Part shown: positions 52,001 to 64,000 of the stretch, in pieces | Numbering within the stretch: position 1 is the stretch's first letter | Layout: every line of letters starts with the position of its first letter | Source: Tubulanus polymorphus | Lineage: Eukaryota; Animalia; Nemertea | NCBI RefSeq assembly: GCF_964204645.1 | Contig: NC_134026.1 | Location: 5,355,950-5,419,949 of the forward strand | Reading direction: 5' to 3' | DNA: 64,000 nt | Translations under genes and position numbers: made by a program | The notes under the pieces: model-generated | Told to the model about the DNA's origin: nothing | Database searches by the model: none | Seen by the model: the letters and a program-made list of their open reading frames with translations, nothing else

Positions 52001-53397
52001 AACTTCGAGACTAAGGTTGAAATAAAATGATACCTTGTTTCTCCTATTTGTACGGGTAATTCTTTTGTAAACTGCGATGAAATTTGCAATCAGTTGACTT
52101 CTACGACTGCCGAGTCTGTTATGGTTTAATCTGATCATGATTTCAAAAAAGCAATGTACAGGGCAGCCGGCCGGGCCAACTTTTAAGCTCAGCAGAAAGG
52201 AGTAACAAGGTATGAATTTTTTTGAGCCTTAAGATAAGTTCAAATTTAATTCGTTCTTCTGTCCCACGATGATAACGAACAATCTAATAAAATGTTTCTC
52301 CCTTGAGCTAGTAGGGCCTTGTTATTGAATGTATACATACGATCCAGTTGAATAAACCATTAGCTCGAGGAAATATTTTCGGACTTGATATTATTTTTTT
52401 CGTTATTACTGTGGGATTCTCTAAAGATTATCGCCATAACACGGAATTAATGGTTAACGTGTTCTTGCTCGATAAAATTAGTATCTTATGACGTGTATGC
52501 ATATATCAAACTCTTATTATGTTTGATGTAGAATTGATCCTCGAATTTTTTTCTGAACCGAGTGATGGGAATTATATTTTTGCGCAATATGTCCGATTTG
52601 ATTTGTTACAATCATAAAAGATCACGGCATCTTCATTTAATGTGCGAACTTTCGCAGGTGCAGGACTTGATCGCTATAACGTGAGCTTATAGCACTCTCG
52701 CAAATCAAATCACCGTAGCTTTGGCGAGACGATTTTGTTGATACGATTTATGATAAATGTTTTAAGAAGAATTTGAAAACTTACTTTCTTAACTTACTTT
52801 CTTGGAAAAATTCATGACTGCAATTAATCAGAGTCGCCTGTAACTTTTAACTTAATATCAATATTTAACTTATTTGGACCTGGTTCCACAGTGTTGTGGG
52901 TAAGACTTCAACTCTGAGTTAAAATCAGTTCATTTTCGATGAGTCAAATCTTAATTCACAACTGTAGAAGTGGGTCCGAGTGTTTTAAATTATTCTTTTA
53001 TCAGCTTATGTTTATTCTATACCGATTGAAAGCGCACTGATTACAATTTGTAGGAGTGCGATATATAAGGAAATGAATGATTGTTTTTATCGTTATAGAT
53101 CAATACATCGAAATTAAATTTGATTTTAGATTATTGATATTTAGAGCGCTTGATTCGTTTCGAGTTGGTGTATGACCGCGCGCGCATGTTCGTGGTGTTC
53201 GCAGGATCCGTATTACTCGTCGCCGTCGTCTCACGTCACGAAGTTCATTTCTATATTCATTATTTCTCTCGGTTCGATCGTGTGCGCAATTTCACGTGGT
53301 GACTTAAAGAGGAAATTGCTTCGAAATGTGCCTTTACTGCACGTTTATTACGAATATGTGACATGGTGTATATTATTTATATATATATGTATATATG

Positions 53398-53480
<83 letters not shown>

Positions 53481-56400
53481 CCTTGAAATTGAAGGAGTTT
53501 AAAGGGAATTCGGACTCACGCCTCGTGAGCCAAGGGTGTATTTTGTATTTACACGTAGTACAATTTTTTCACGCGATAAGATATTTCAATCAGGAAGGCG
53601 TGCGCAGACTCCCCGGTTCAGAAGAGACATCCACCAACATTGTCTTAATGATGTGTTTCTTGTGAGCAAAAAAGGGCACTTCCGCGGCCTTACAATAAGT
53701 CCTATTGTCCAAAGAGATTTTTTCTATATGTTTCCGATTTTTGCTAGATGTCACTGTTATTACCAGACATATTCCAGGCAGTCCAGGAAAACCTGTGCAA
53801 GGTAAATTTTAAATATTTGATTAAGCAACGCCTGAAAATGCTCAGATACATGAAAATTAGATTAATATTTCAAAATTTTCTCCAGCAGCAGAGCACCCCC
53901 CCCCCATCCCTTGAAAATCCTAGATCCGCCTTAGCATTCATTCTTTAACTTCATGTTCTGGAAAAAGATAGGCTCTTTTAATTAGTTAGGAATAAATCAA
54001 TTCTGTCAGCCTGAATTCTGATAAAAACTAATTACTGTTTTTACTCTAGAGATTTAAGCGCGTAAATGAATGTAAAATATAACGAATAATGACGTGTGTT
54101 CATTTTACTATGAGTTTAATATAATCAGTAGTATCATGCGCGTAAGAAATAGGAGATGGATTTCTTTTACAGGTCTTCCATGAGTTTCTAGACGCAGGAA
54201 AAACGTTCGACGGATTTTGTCCGTTAAGTTTAGCAGAAATGAATTAAAATTTCTTATCTCGAATTCAGGTCGGGTAGAAATTAACGCGTTTTTTTTCTGA
54301 TTTATCAGATTCGGGATGGAAATTGATGGCGTTTTTCTTCTCGGATTCAGGATAGGAATTAATTGCTTTTTCTCTCGGATTCATCATCGAAATTGATGGC
54401 GGTTTTTCTTCGATTCCGTATAGAGAGGTTGACGATGGTTGGTTTGATGGAATCGGGTGAATTATTGAGTTCGAGCGTTCCGACTCCATAAAACATGCAT
54501 GCGTTCATTTTTGCTAGTTTTAGCTCAGTCGTCGAGCTTCTTCAGTTGACTCAATTAGATTGTCATCTCGTATCGGAACCTATCCAGTCACCTAGCCGAC
54601 CATTCGTGTGAACAATGAGTCCTTCCGAAGTTCCGAAGAATATTTCGATAGTTTTGCGCTTCGAACCGTACAAGGTAGGTGGGTGTAAGGTATCTCGCTA
54701 GTGACTTGATGCGACGTCATTCTATGTGACTGCCAGTGAGACCAGTTGCAAAGAGTGGTGCATGTTCTAATTTCTGCCACGAGATATATGCCTACCCACC
54801 TCTTCTCCCACCAAATCTTCAAAATATCAAGTGTAATTCATGTCTTTCGAACTGGTTCCTGAAGTGCTGTACTTCTAGATCTTATCAAAATCAAGTCGAT
54901 ATTTTCTATAACAAAGTCGTCCTGAGTGTCATTGCCCCACAATCTGGGCCAGAGTTAAAATCCAAGGTTGGTTGATATTAACAAAACAGGACCGATTTAA
55001 ATTTTTCGAATTTTCCATTTTCAGCTCGCAAACTAGAATCGAAGGTTTTCGAGCTTTTCACCGGCAATCGAGTTGAAAATCGGGATGAATAGTATAAGAA
55101 TGACAGTGTATTCAAGTTAACGACCTCGTACCTGAAATCCGGGTTAATGCCGATGATGATCCTCCGCGGAGGACGCGTTACGCGTTCATCGAGATTTTCT
55201 CATCACACGTCGCCCGCGGATGTAATTTCAGTATACTGAAAAAAAAGCTTTTCTCACTGCGCACTTAACTTTCATTTCGAATTCGCGCTCGCGACGGCCG
55301 CGGTTTCGCGTCGGTCGGGCCCCCGTGGGTATAATCTCCGCGATATAACCTCGTTATGTATATATCTATAATACGCATCACTTGAAAAGTCGGCGAACGG
55401 CGTCTCGCGCCGCGCCACTCAATGCAGTTTCCATGTTTGTCCATTCATAAGTAAAATCGATATTGAAGAGATTTTCTTTTCGCTTCGACGACGTCGTCTT
55501 TGCTTTAAGAATACTCATTATTGTCGCGGTAGCCGCGCCGCCCTCTGAGTGTCGCGAATGGTACTTCGCATTTTTATGCCATAGGCTATCACTTCTGTAT
55601 CTCTACTTATTACACGCGCACCAGATATATCTACTGTTACTGTACTAATCAGTCTGATGCTAGCGAAAATCCTATTATGTGGAAACTGTGGATGTTTTTT
55701 CTTTAGGCCAGAACCGACAGAAGTTCAAACTGTTCGATTCATTGGCCATGAATTTAGCGGGAGCATTTTAGAATCCTTTTAAATTGTTTATGAATGTTTT
55801 GTATCATATGGTGACCACTGACCTGGAAAATCTAGGAAATTAAGGGAATTGATAAATTTTACCAAAAACTGGTAATACTCAGAATTCGGATAATGTTATT
55901 GACTGCGTGTTTCTTTATCAGTGAAAAATGGATAAAGGAATGAATTATAACATTTTCAACCTAGAAATCTCGCTGATACATTCAGGGAATTTTGTGTAAC
56001 ATGGGAAAATCAGGAAAAACTTGGGGATTTGTAAATGGTTACCCGGTGTGATATCCCATGCCCGTGGAGACCATGTGGTATCACGGGTACTCGGATAACG
56101 TGTGCCCATGAAGAATGCGTCTTTCACCTATTGAAGATGTCCTGTACTCATGGAGGCCACCGGTAACAGAACTATATACTAGCTAACAAAGTAAAATTCC
56201 CCACGCAACCTCCGATCAGTTACGTGTCTGTCAAGTCCTGTACCAATGTGAATCTATACATATTCATTAGCTGTGTAGTAACGTTTGAAGCCGTGATCAC
56301 ACACAGATGATTTGGCCCAGATCAAAGTAGACAATTTGAAATTTACAACAGACTTTGCTGAATCAATACTTTGGAACCTGGATTCGGCGTTTTCCAAATA

Positions 56401-59400
56401 AGAAACTGAATTTAGTAGATCAGAAAAGGATAAGAATTTGCTTACCAACCCTCTGAATTAACGGTTTAACACCGCAGTGCAGTGTATGAATCGGTGATGG
56501 ATTTTGCTAGTACATCGCACTGCGGTGTATTGATGTAATTAGTAATTAGTTTATATCTCTATTGAAAGATGGCAGCACCTGTCAAACATAGTGCAATATT
56601 AGTGACTAACGATACACTGCGCCACGGTGTAGACGCACTATAGTGGTATTCCCGTTATTCAACACGCCAGGGCGGAATTTTTCCAAATTTTCAAATTATC
56701 TCCAGCACTATAGGGTATTGATCAGTCAGCACTGAAAGGGTTAACAGTAAAATACACAGTACGAGTCACTTGTAGTTAGGATACGAAAATGGCGCAAATG
56801 CTTCATCAAAATTTGAAATTTCCTCCGTTAAATCTCGTTACATCCAGGAATGTATTGAACGCCGTAAGCTCGCGAAGTCGGCATCAATTTCACCGTTTTC
56901 CGAAAATGACGGTTTCGAATTTACTCCATAAAAACTGAACCTATTACGAATACTCAACGAACAATCAGTTTCCAATCTGCTGTCGATTGGCGCGGGCACG
57001 CGCGCGCGATAACACCGCAATTACAAATTAAGATTTCTCGACTATGTGACGAAAATCCCCGCGCCGCGGTCGCGAAAAAACTTCGCTAAATTCCTCGCAG
57101 CGTTTTTCGGCACCGGTCGGGAATGAACCTTGTTTTTTCGGCTGAGTTGACGTCTTTAGCGATTGCAGAAATCAATGGATGTTTTTTTTCTGGCGAACTC
57201 TTCGACGAATTCGATAAGATTAATGTTCAATGACTGCGTCATGTATTCATTCATCGCTATGCGATTTAAAGTGTGATCTTGTCGATAACAGTCTTACCTC
57301 ATGTCGATACCAGCGACGTTCACATGCGCATTTCAGTACGGTACTAAGTGTTCACACGCGCATTTCAGTACGGGACTTAGCGTTCACATACACGTTTCAG
57401 TACGGTACTAAGCGTTCACTCGCGCATTTCAGTACAGTACTAAGCGTTCACACACGCATTTCAGTACGTTACTAAGCGTTCACATGCTCATTTAAGTACG
57501 TTACTAAGTGTTCACACACGCATTTCAGTACGGTACTAAGCGTGTTCACACATTTCAGTACGGTACTGCATTCACATGCAAACGGCTTATTCGGTACCGT
57601 ACCGAAATGCCAGGCTTATTAGGAATCACTTTCCGTGCCGAAAGCCTGATCTCAACTGAGCGCAGCTGTATGCAAGATCATTTTTGTTGGCAATTCGCGG
57701 GCCGCAAAGTGGCGGCACTTCACTTCAGGCCGCCATTTTGTGAATCGCGCATGGTTTTTTTCCTCGGCACTGATTGGCCGTTTATGGGATTCGATGCTAT
57801 AATCAGGGCAACTGACAGCAATTGACGGTGTTTGCTACAGTCTTGAACATCCATGGTTAAGGAAAACGGGTCTTGATCCCATTCCTGTTTGCAGTAGATC
57901 TCATGCGCTGATCGCTACAGAAATTAGCTCCTTATTTTCGATGTACTACCCTTTTATTAGTTGTCTGGTTTTTGCAAAATAACCCTGTTGATCCCAGCCC
58001 TTGTTGCATTAAGTACATCCTCTTCGCTGCATGGTTTTTATGTCAATGTCTCATCCAGCACCGGTTCTCGTGTTCAGTTCCCTACCACCATCTTTTGACC
58101 TTGCCCTATTTCGAAGAAAAGTCCGCTCTTGTCTATTTTACCGCTATTTTGGCCATTTAACTTCCCATAATCGCGCATGGTCAGTATGTAAAGAAATGAC
58201 AAATACTTCTTGACCAAAACATTTCGGGCATGCAAGACACATACGAGCTGCCTGCCACGGCGAAGATTAATCTACTTCAAGTTTCATTGTAACGCGTCGT
58301 TTCTTGGTATTCATGCGAGTGATATTGTTTTTAGCGTCGTCCATTGCTTTGAGGTAGAGGAGAACGATACGAAATCAGTTGTGACTCGGATAAATCTATG
58401 AAGATATATCGTGTATGCGCTTCGTCCCGTATGGAAGATGAATTCACCATCGGATCACCGCCGCCTTAAGCCATCTTAATAGTGTTCTCTTCTTCATCTT
58501 AAACACGGTGATATATCTTCTCTGGTGGCGTATTCACATTTACATAAATGGTTATGTATACGGTAGCTCTTGAAATATAAGACGGGGGGGGGGGTGAGAC
58601 CTCAAACCTGTTGATAATGCTGGTGGTGGTGCTCAGCAGGTTGAGGGATATAAGAAATGGTTGTTTAAGTCATTTTACAGATTTGGTTGATGGTACACGA
58701 TGATGCGCTCCAACAATTAAGAGAAATGTGCGTAATTGCGCAATTACGGAGCTTTAAAGTTGGGAGCTTTGATTTTTCTTTATTCTAAATATGCTAGATT
58801 TGATTGCCCAATGACTCAGCATCCCCATTGGAAAACTGTTATACTATTTATAGTGAAGAGCAAGTTATTGGAAAATTCAGCATTTCTGTGGCGAACCAAG
58901 GACATTATTTCCCATATTCAAGGCGCTTATACTATGAGACAGATAGTCCACTATTTTCTATGGGTTTATCAACTTAAATCACTGTCATACTCTTTACCCA
59001 TGTGGTTAATGTTAACATGAACGAGCCACAGGACCAATGGTCCATTGATATATGAACTTTGAAACCTCCAATATTGAACTGGTCTTAATCTAAAGCCACG
59101 ATCGGACTGAGTCAAATTTCGCCCTAATCAGACCAGAGTCAAATTTGGTCCGTGTCTAATTAGAGAGCCCGTTCATACCTATACTAAACAATGCTTGAAA
59201 CATTGCTTAAACAAAGTGTTGGAATCCAATCGACCCATTTGGCACCCGTGAGAACATTTGGGCAAAAAATGCTCGCATGATCTCGGCTTAACAACTTGAA
59301 CAAACTGTCCCCTAGATATCAAAGCGCTGCCTATGGATAAATCCTTGACCTAAGTGATTGATGACTAAACGCTGTAACTTGAAATACCGCTCATGGAAGC

Positions 59401-62400
59401 AACTGACAAACTTGATACGCTCCCCGGGGTAATAGTTATGCCGCATGAATAAAACTAGGCTCAGGCTGTTAAAATCCGTTCACCAACACGGCATAACACC
59501 ATTTATACACGGCGCTATTTTATCTCAGTCGATTTCAACAAAAAATTTAAAAAACGAAACGATATTTCAGAACGTTATTCGTAAGGTTTTATTCGTGTTA
59601 TTCCTGTTGTCGCGTATCATTAAGGTGTTTCGTTCTCTCCGTCTAATGCTATCGTTGCTACTGGTAGCACATCGTTTTCGCGACGCAAGTGCTTCCGAAA
59701 ATGACAATTTATGGCCGTAAAGTATTGGACGATATTGGACGCTTGTAATAACCGATGTCATCGCGTTGCTTTATCGGACCACTTTCGGAGTGTGTTTATC
59801 TGCGGTGTTCCGATAGTCTTCACGACCCGTCTCAAAAACAGATTTGTGGCTGCTAAACATTTATCTGTATTTGATGCCCTCATCATCGCATAAATTGTTC
59901 GCGTCATCGTTCTTTTTTACTGCGGCGATGTCAGACTTAGGTCGGGCTCGCGACTCATTGCAACGTGATTCTCAGCGACCACCAATGGTAGCGTTGCATA
60001 GATCCGTTGACCTTACCGGTATATGCCCTCGCAACTATTGGTAAGGCACATGCTCTAATTATGTCTCCCCGGTGGGTTTGAGACATGCCATGGCAGCCTT
60101 TGAATTTGGTCGCTATGGCAGCCATCTTTAATTTCTTTTAAGCATGATACAGCCTATAATTCTTGACGGATTTTCATGAAATCTAGTGGGTGAATTGAGG
60201 CAGGTGATATGCCCGCTCCTATCAAAAATGGAGGTCATCGGCCATCAAATTCTGCAGCCATCTTGAATTTCAGTGTTAGTATGATACAGCCTACTGTGCT
60301 GAAAGGATTTTCACTGAGGATTAGGGGCCGAAAATGGAGATATCAAATATGGCCTCCAGGAAGCCATCTTGAAGTTCTTGTTAGCATGATACAGCCTGCA
60401 ATATCTGCTGGATATCCATGAAACTTGATGTGAGAGTAAGATGTTTATCTGTATTTGACTATAAACCAATAATTCTTTCTAAGTCAATTAAGTAAACTCT
60501 GCTGTTTTTGAAGTACGCTACATGTTTGTTACCCGTCCTCATTTTCTTTCCCCTTTGCTGTTTGCTGACCCGGGGAGACGTAACCGTCAGTGCCGATCAC
60601 TGCACACTTGACCAGCTCTCGTTTGGTCGTGTTGCGATTTGACCTATGCACCAATTTAGTCATGCTGCAAATCGCCCTATTTCTGCCTTAGAGTTGAGAT
60701 AAATGTAGCAGCTTCGAGCTCAACCTAAAAAATCAACAAGCCGAAGAATACGGGAGTGAAAATATTAGCTATCCAGATTTTATCGCTGATGTCTTTTTTG
60801 TTAAACTTGAATTATATTTAAAAAGTCTCCTTTCTCTATTCTACTTGAGTAAAAGGAGCTTTTTTGGCAATCATTCAAGGCGGTATAGAATAGATATAGA
60901 AATTGTGGTTTATTCATAATGCTCTTATTTTGTCGGTCGATTTGATACCATATTCTAGGTTAAACGCTTTTGATTTAAGCGAAATATCCAAAAATCACAG
61001 CGTAGAGAAAATGAAAAAAATCTGTAAGAGACGCTTTTACAAATCGTCAGCGTTAGCAACTGCAGCTGGTTTAGATTACGCGAGCTTCCTTAATAGTCCA
61101 ACCGGAAGACGGCCTTCATTATCAGCGCCTGATAAACAACTGCAGTCTCGCCGAGATCAAACGTCTGCCGACGTCCGCGCGTTTTAATATATCAAATTAT
61201 TAATCCTTCAATTTCTTTTTCAGCTTCAAATGTTGGGCTACGACATCAGCTGGGCCGCGTTCAACATCATCGAGGTGATGAGCTCGACGAAGTTCACGTA
61301 TAAGGTAAGCCGAAGAAAAACTTATTTAATTATCGGCACGTTTTTCTATTGAAATGAATTCGGCGCGCGCAGGTTCGCAGTAGGAGTGCCGCACACCGTC
61401 GCCGTCGTCGTCGTGGGTTTAAATGACTTTTACGCAACGCATGCAATCACTCTTATCGCGAAAAACGTTTCTACGTGATTAAATTTTCGTGTTATTTTCT
61501 TCGGTATCCGTATTTTGAAAAGATTGAAAAAAAAAACACCCAAACGTTTAATGAATACTGATATGGAATAAGGGCGTTTGTAGCTCTTTACATCAATAGT
61601 AACCGCGATTACCAGTTAGATCGTCGTGCACTATTTTTGTGGACAATAGAATTAGCTATCTATCTTACACAGACAAACTGGCTTGGTCAAAATTGGCCTG
61701 GTCCAGTCCCAAGTTTCATTAAGCCAATGCCTGATTAAAGAACATTTAAATCAGTCGCTTGCTTCAAAATCTTATCAAAACTATGCCCGGTCACTTCAAG
61801 AACTGGGTAGTGTTCATACCGAATAATTTGACCCATGCTTAATTTTGGCTCAGGCCTCATTTGGCTCATCTGTTTCAGATAGGTTCACCAGTTTCAACAT
61901 TCGGCCAAATTTGTTCAAAAATGCTTCGGCGAATGCAAACTTAACCCTTTCATCGCGTCTACACCACAGTGCGGTGTATAAATCAGTGATGAACTTTATT
62001 ACTACACCGCATTGTGGTGTACAAATGTTGTCAGTAATTAGTGATCAAAAGATGGCAAAACTTGTGAAATACACAGTTAGATAATAGTAACTAACGACAC
62101 ACTCTGGTGCAGTGTAGATGCTTTAAAGCTGTATGCCTGTTATATAACAAATGGGGGGAATTTTTTATAATAATTAAATCATCTCCAGCACTTTCGGGTA
62201 TTAATTAGTGAGCACTGAAAGGCTTAAGCTAATCTATTATTCTATACCGCTTTCAAATGATATGTGACTCAGGAAAACTGTTAAAACTAGTTTTATTTGA
62301 AAATCTAAATTCACCCAAAAAAATGAAAACTTTGGATTTTTACAATCAATTTGCAGATTGCAGTCCCAGGCGTAGAAGAAAGATCTAAATTGAAAAATTT

Positions 62401-63844
62401 AATCTGAGTGAATTCACTTGGAAATATAACCTGGGGAATGAACTTTCTAGTTATCAATACAATATTCACAGTGAGTTTAATCTTCAGAGAGCAGATCGGC
62501 TGCCTTTGTCTTGGTCTCGATGTTGCTGCACTTTGTAAATTGGGAAATATTAAGGAAGACTGTAGACAAGCAGATTAACGCAATCTCCGGGGCGAGTTTT
62601 TTTTTACACATTGAGTTTTATGCCATAGGGCTAAATCTCTATTCGATTAGATGATGAGTATTTTTTGCGAGTTTTTCCGGGTCCAGTTTCGATCGTTAGT
62701 CGCAAGTAAAAAGAATCTAGAAATTTAAACTGAACTATTATATTACGGGATCAGTGGAAATGAATCCACAATGTAATCCAGATCACGGGTAGAGTATTTG
62801 TTATACCCGATCATTGTATTGTCCCCTACGGATTTATTTTGAATTGATCAATTAATATCTCCGTAGTTTCTCTCCGGAAATAACTGTCAAATTTATCGAA
62901 ATTTTCCCCGGAGGAACGGAAGTTAGGCTCAAGTTATAGCCTGTCTCAAGTTTTTAAAACTGTGGCGGCTATGGCTTCGATGTATCCGATATATCAGTCA
63001 TTCCGTCCATGTCGGTTGTTGAGAGTTTCCGTCAGTAATCTTATCGTCGTACATAATATTTCCGTGATGAATTACCCGAAGTTCACCGAGTTCTAATGCA
63101 CCTATGAGATTTCTCCAGATAAGTCTTAGCTTAGCTGAATTCGATTCCATTCATACCTATCGACCGAATTCAAACCATTGATGGAGACGCAAATTTTCTG
63201 TTTTGATATTTTATTAAAAACTGGGTTCTTACGGGTTTTGGAAATGTTTGGAAAATAGGAATTTTTTTTTCCAGGCCCTGGAAAAACTATGGAAATTTTG
63301 TATTTTCTTTTCTCTATGGCTATTGAGAATCAGAAAATGGTCTAAAAATGAAATTTTCCCTGTATTTTGTATTTTAGACTATAAGATAAAATGGCTTAGT
63401 ACACATTTGATTACAAACTTCATGAAAACACTTTCTCAAATGGTATTGATTATTGTCACTTATTTACTTAGAATTTGCTTACACGTTGCCTGTTCTGGGT
63501 TGGCAATAGGGATATGGAAAATTAGAAAAGGTATAATCTGGGTGTGGAAAAGTTGAGGCAATTGAGAAACCTGTAAGAACCCAGCAAAAACTCTTTTTTC
63601 TTGGATCTGATAAAATATCACTCATCATTAGCCAGAAATACTCGTTGCTGAAGTGACTTCATTTCTACACATAAAATATTTTTCCCGTCAAACAGTTCGG
63701 TTCCTCGAACAATCTCGACGCACTAATTCTATGAATTAACATCGTCTCGTTTATTTTTGCCAGCGTATGGGTTATTTGGCGGCGTCGCAGAGTTTTCACG
63801 AAGGCACCGACGTACTGATGTTGACAACTAACATGATTCGAAAG
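49002..63844 (+). CDS. AP3D1: AP-3 complex subunit delta-1, 5' part (exons 1-4; gene continues beyond the window)
   Basis: Exons 49002-49097 (MALKKVKGSIDRVLEKNLQDLVRGIRNHKEAE), 51835-51930 (SKYIAECIEEIKQELKQDNLSIKANAVSKLAY), 61224-61304 (LQMLGYDISWAAFNIIEVMSSTKFTYK), 63764-63844 (RMGYLAASQSFHEGTDVLMLTTNMIRK); all phase-0 GT-AG introns. Confidence 0.97.
52876..52977. mobile_element. Short MITE, second copy of the 16515-16624 family
   Basis: ggacctggttccacagt ... aactgtagaagtgggtcc with the shared core. Confidence 0.6.
53379..53477. repeat. (TA)n microsatellite
   Basis: Directly visible, about 100 bp. Confidence 0.97.
54265..54420. repeat. Degenerate tandem repeat, unit about 36 bp
   Basis: Minus strand has recurring gaatccgagaagaaaaacgccatcaatttc-like units, about 4 copies. 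Confidence 0.6.
56449..56740. mobile_element. piggyBac-type MITE, copy 1
   Basis: Ends ccct...gcactgaaaggg|ttaa; collinear with 61945-62223. Confidence 0.7.
57316..57580. repeat. 32-bp minisatellite, about 8 copies
   Basis: Unit gcgttcacacacgcatttcagtacggtactaa repeated head-to-tail, with no unique spacers. Confidence 0.92.
60055..60430. repeat. Degenerate repeat of about 120-bp units, probably transposon-derived
   Basis: agccatctt...atgatacagcct recurs three times (about 60120, 60256, 60362). Confidence 0.6.
61945..62223. mobile_element. piggyBac-type MITE, copy 2, TTAA TSD
   Basis: ttaa|ccctttca ... gcactgaaaggc|ttaa; collinear with 56449-56740. Confidence 0.8.
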
Positions 63845-64000
63845 GTAACTATCTTATCGCCAGTCGTCGGCAAACGCGCGCGGCGGGTAGCGTCACACCC
63901 CCCCTGTTGTTTCGAAGATGACATCGATATAAAAACAAGCGGACGAAAAACAAGTTCGTTTACGTTCTGTGAAGCTACGTCGAGCTGTAATTTGATACGA

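Noticed and set aside
53172-53665. ORFs with poly-(IY)
   Set aside because: Translation of the (TA)n microsatellite.
57316-57580. CRISPR-like array
   Set aside because: Units are head-to-tail with only point variation and no unique spacers; eukaryotic intron; no cas genes.

Overview
This is AT-rich animal genomic DNA with spliceosomal introns, probably from an invertebrate (lophotrochozoan-like, inferred from the GPCR type and repeat content). Most ORF-track entries are exon fragments or noise. Genes assembled by hand from splice signals, in order: a possible terminal exon of an upstream gene; HSDL2 (+, 8 exons, ends in PTS1 SKL); a 17-finger C2H2 zinc-finger gene (-) head-to-head with PREB/SEC12 (+); an orphan single-pass membrane protein (-); an intronless rhodopsin-class GPCR (+) between a tRNA-Gly pseudogene and an intact tRNA-Gly(GCC); two tandem SEC14L2-family CRAL-TRIO/GOLD paralogs (-); and the first four exons of AP3D1 (+), which run off the window end. 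Non-coding DNA carries many short mobile elements: Harbinger-, piggyBac-, Tc1/pogo- and 9-bp-TSD MITEs, SINE remnants and Penelope-like fragments. There is no CRISPR array or prokaryotic system, and I cannot show a wholly new system from sequence alone. The best leads are a TSD-flanked inverted Penelope-like repeat with a minimal hammerhead motif, an unrecognised N-terminal domain on the zinc-finger protein behind a GC-AG intron, the orphan membrane protein, a candidate alternative N-terminus of AP3D1, and the divergent SEC14L paralog pair.
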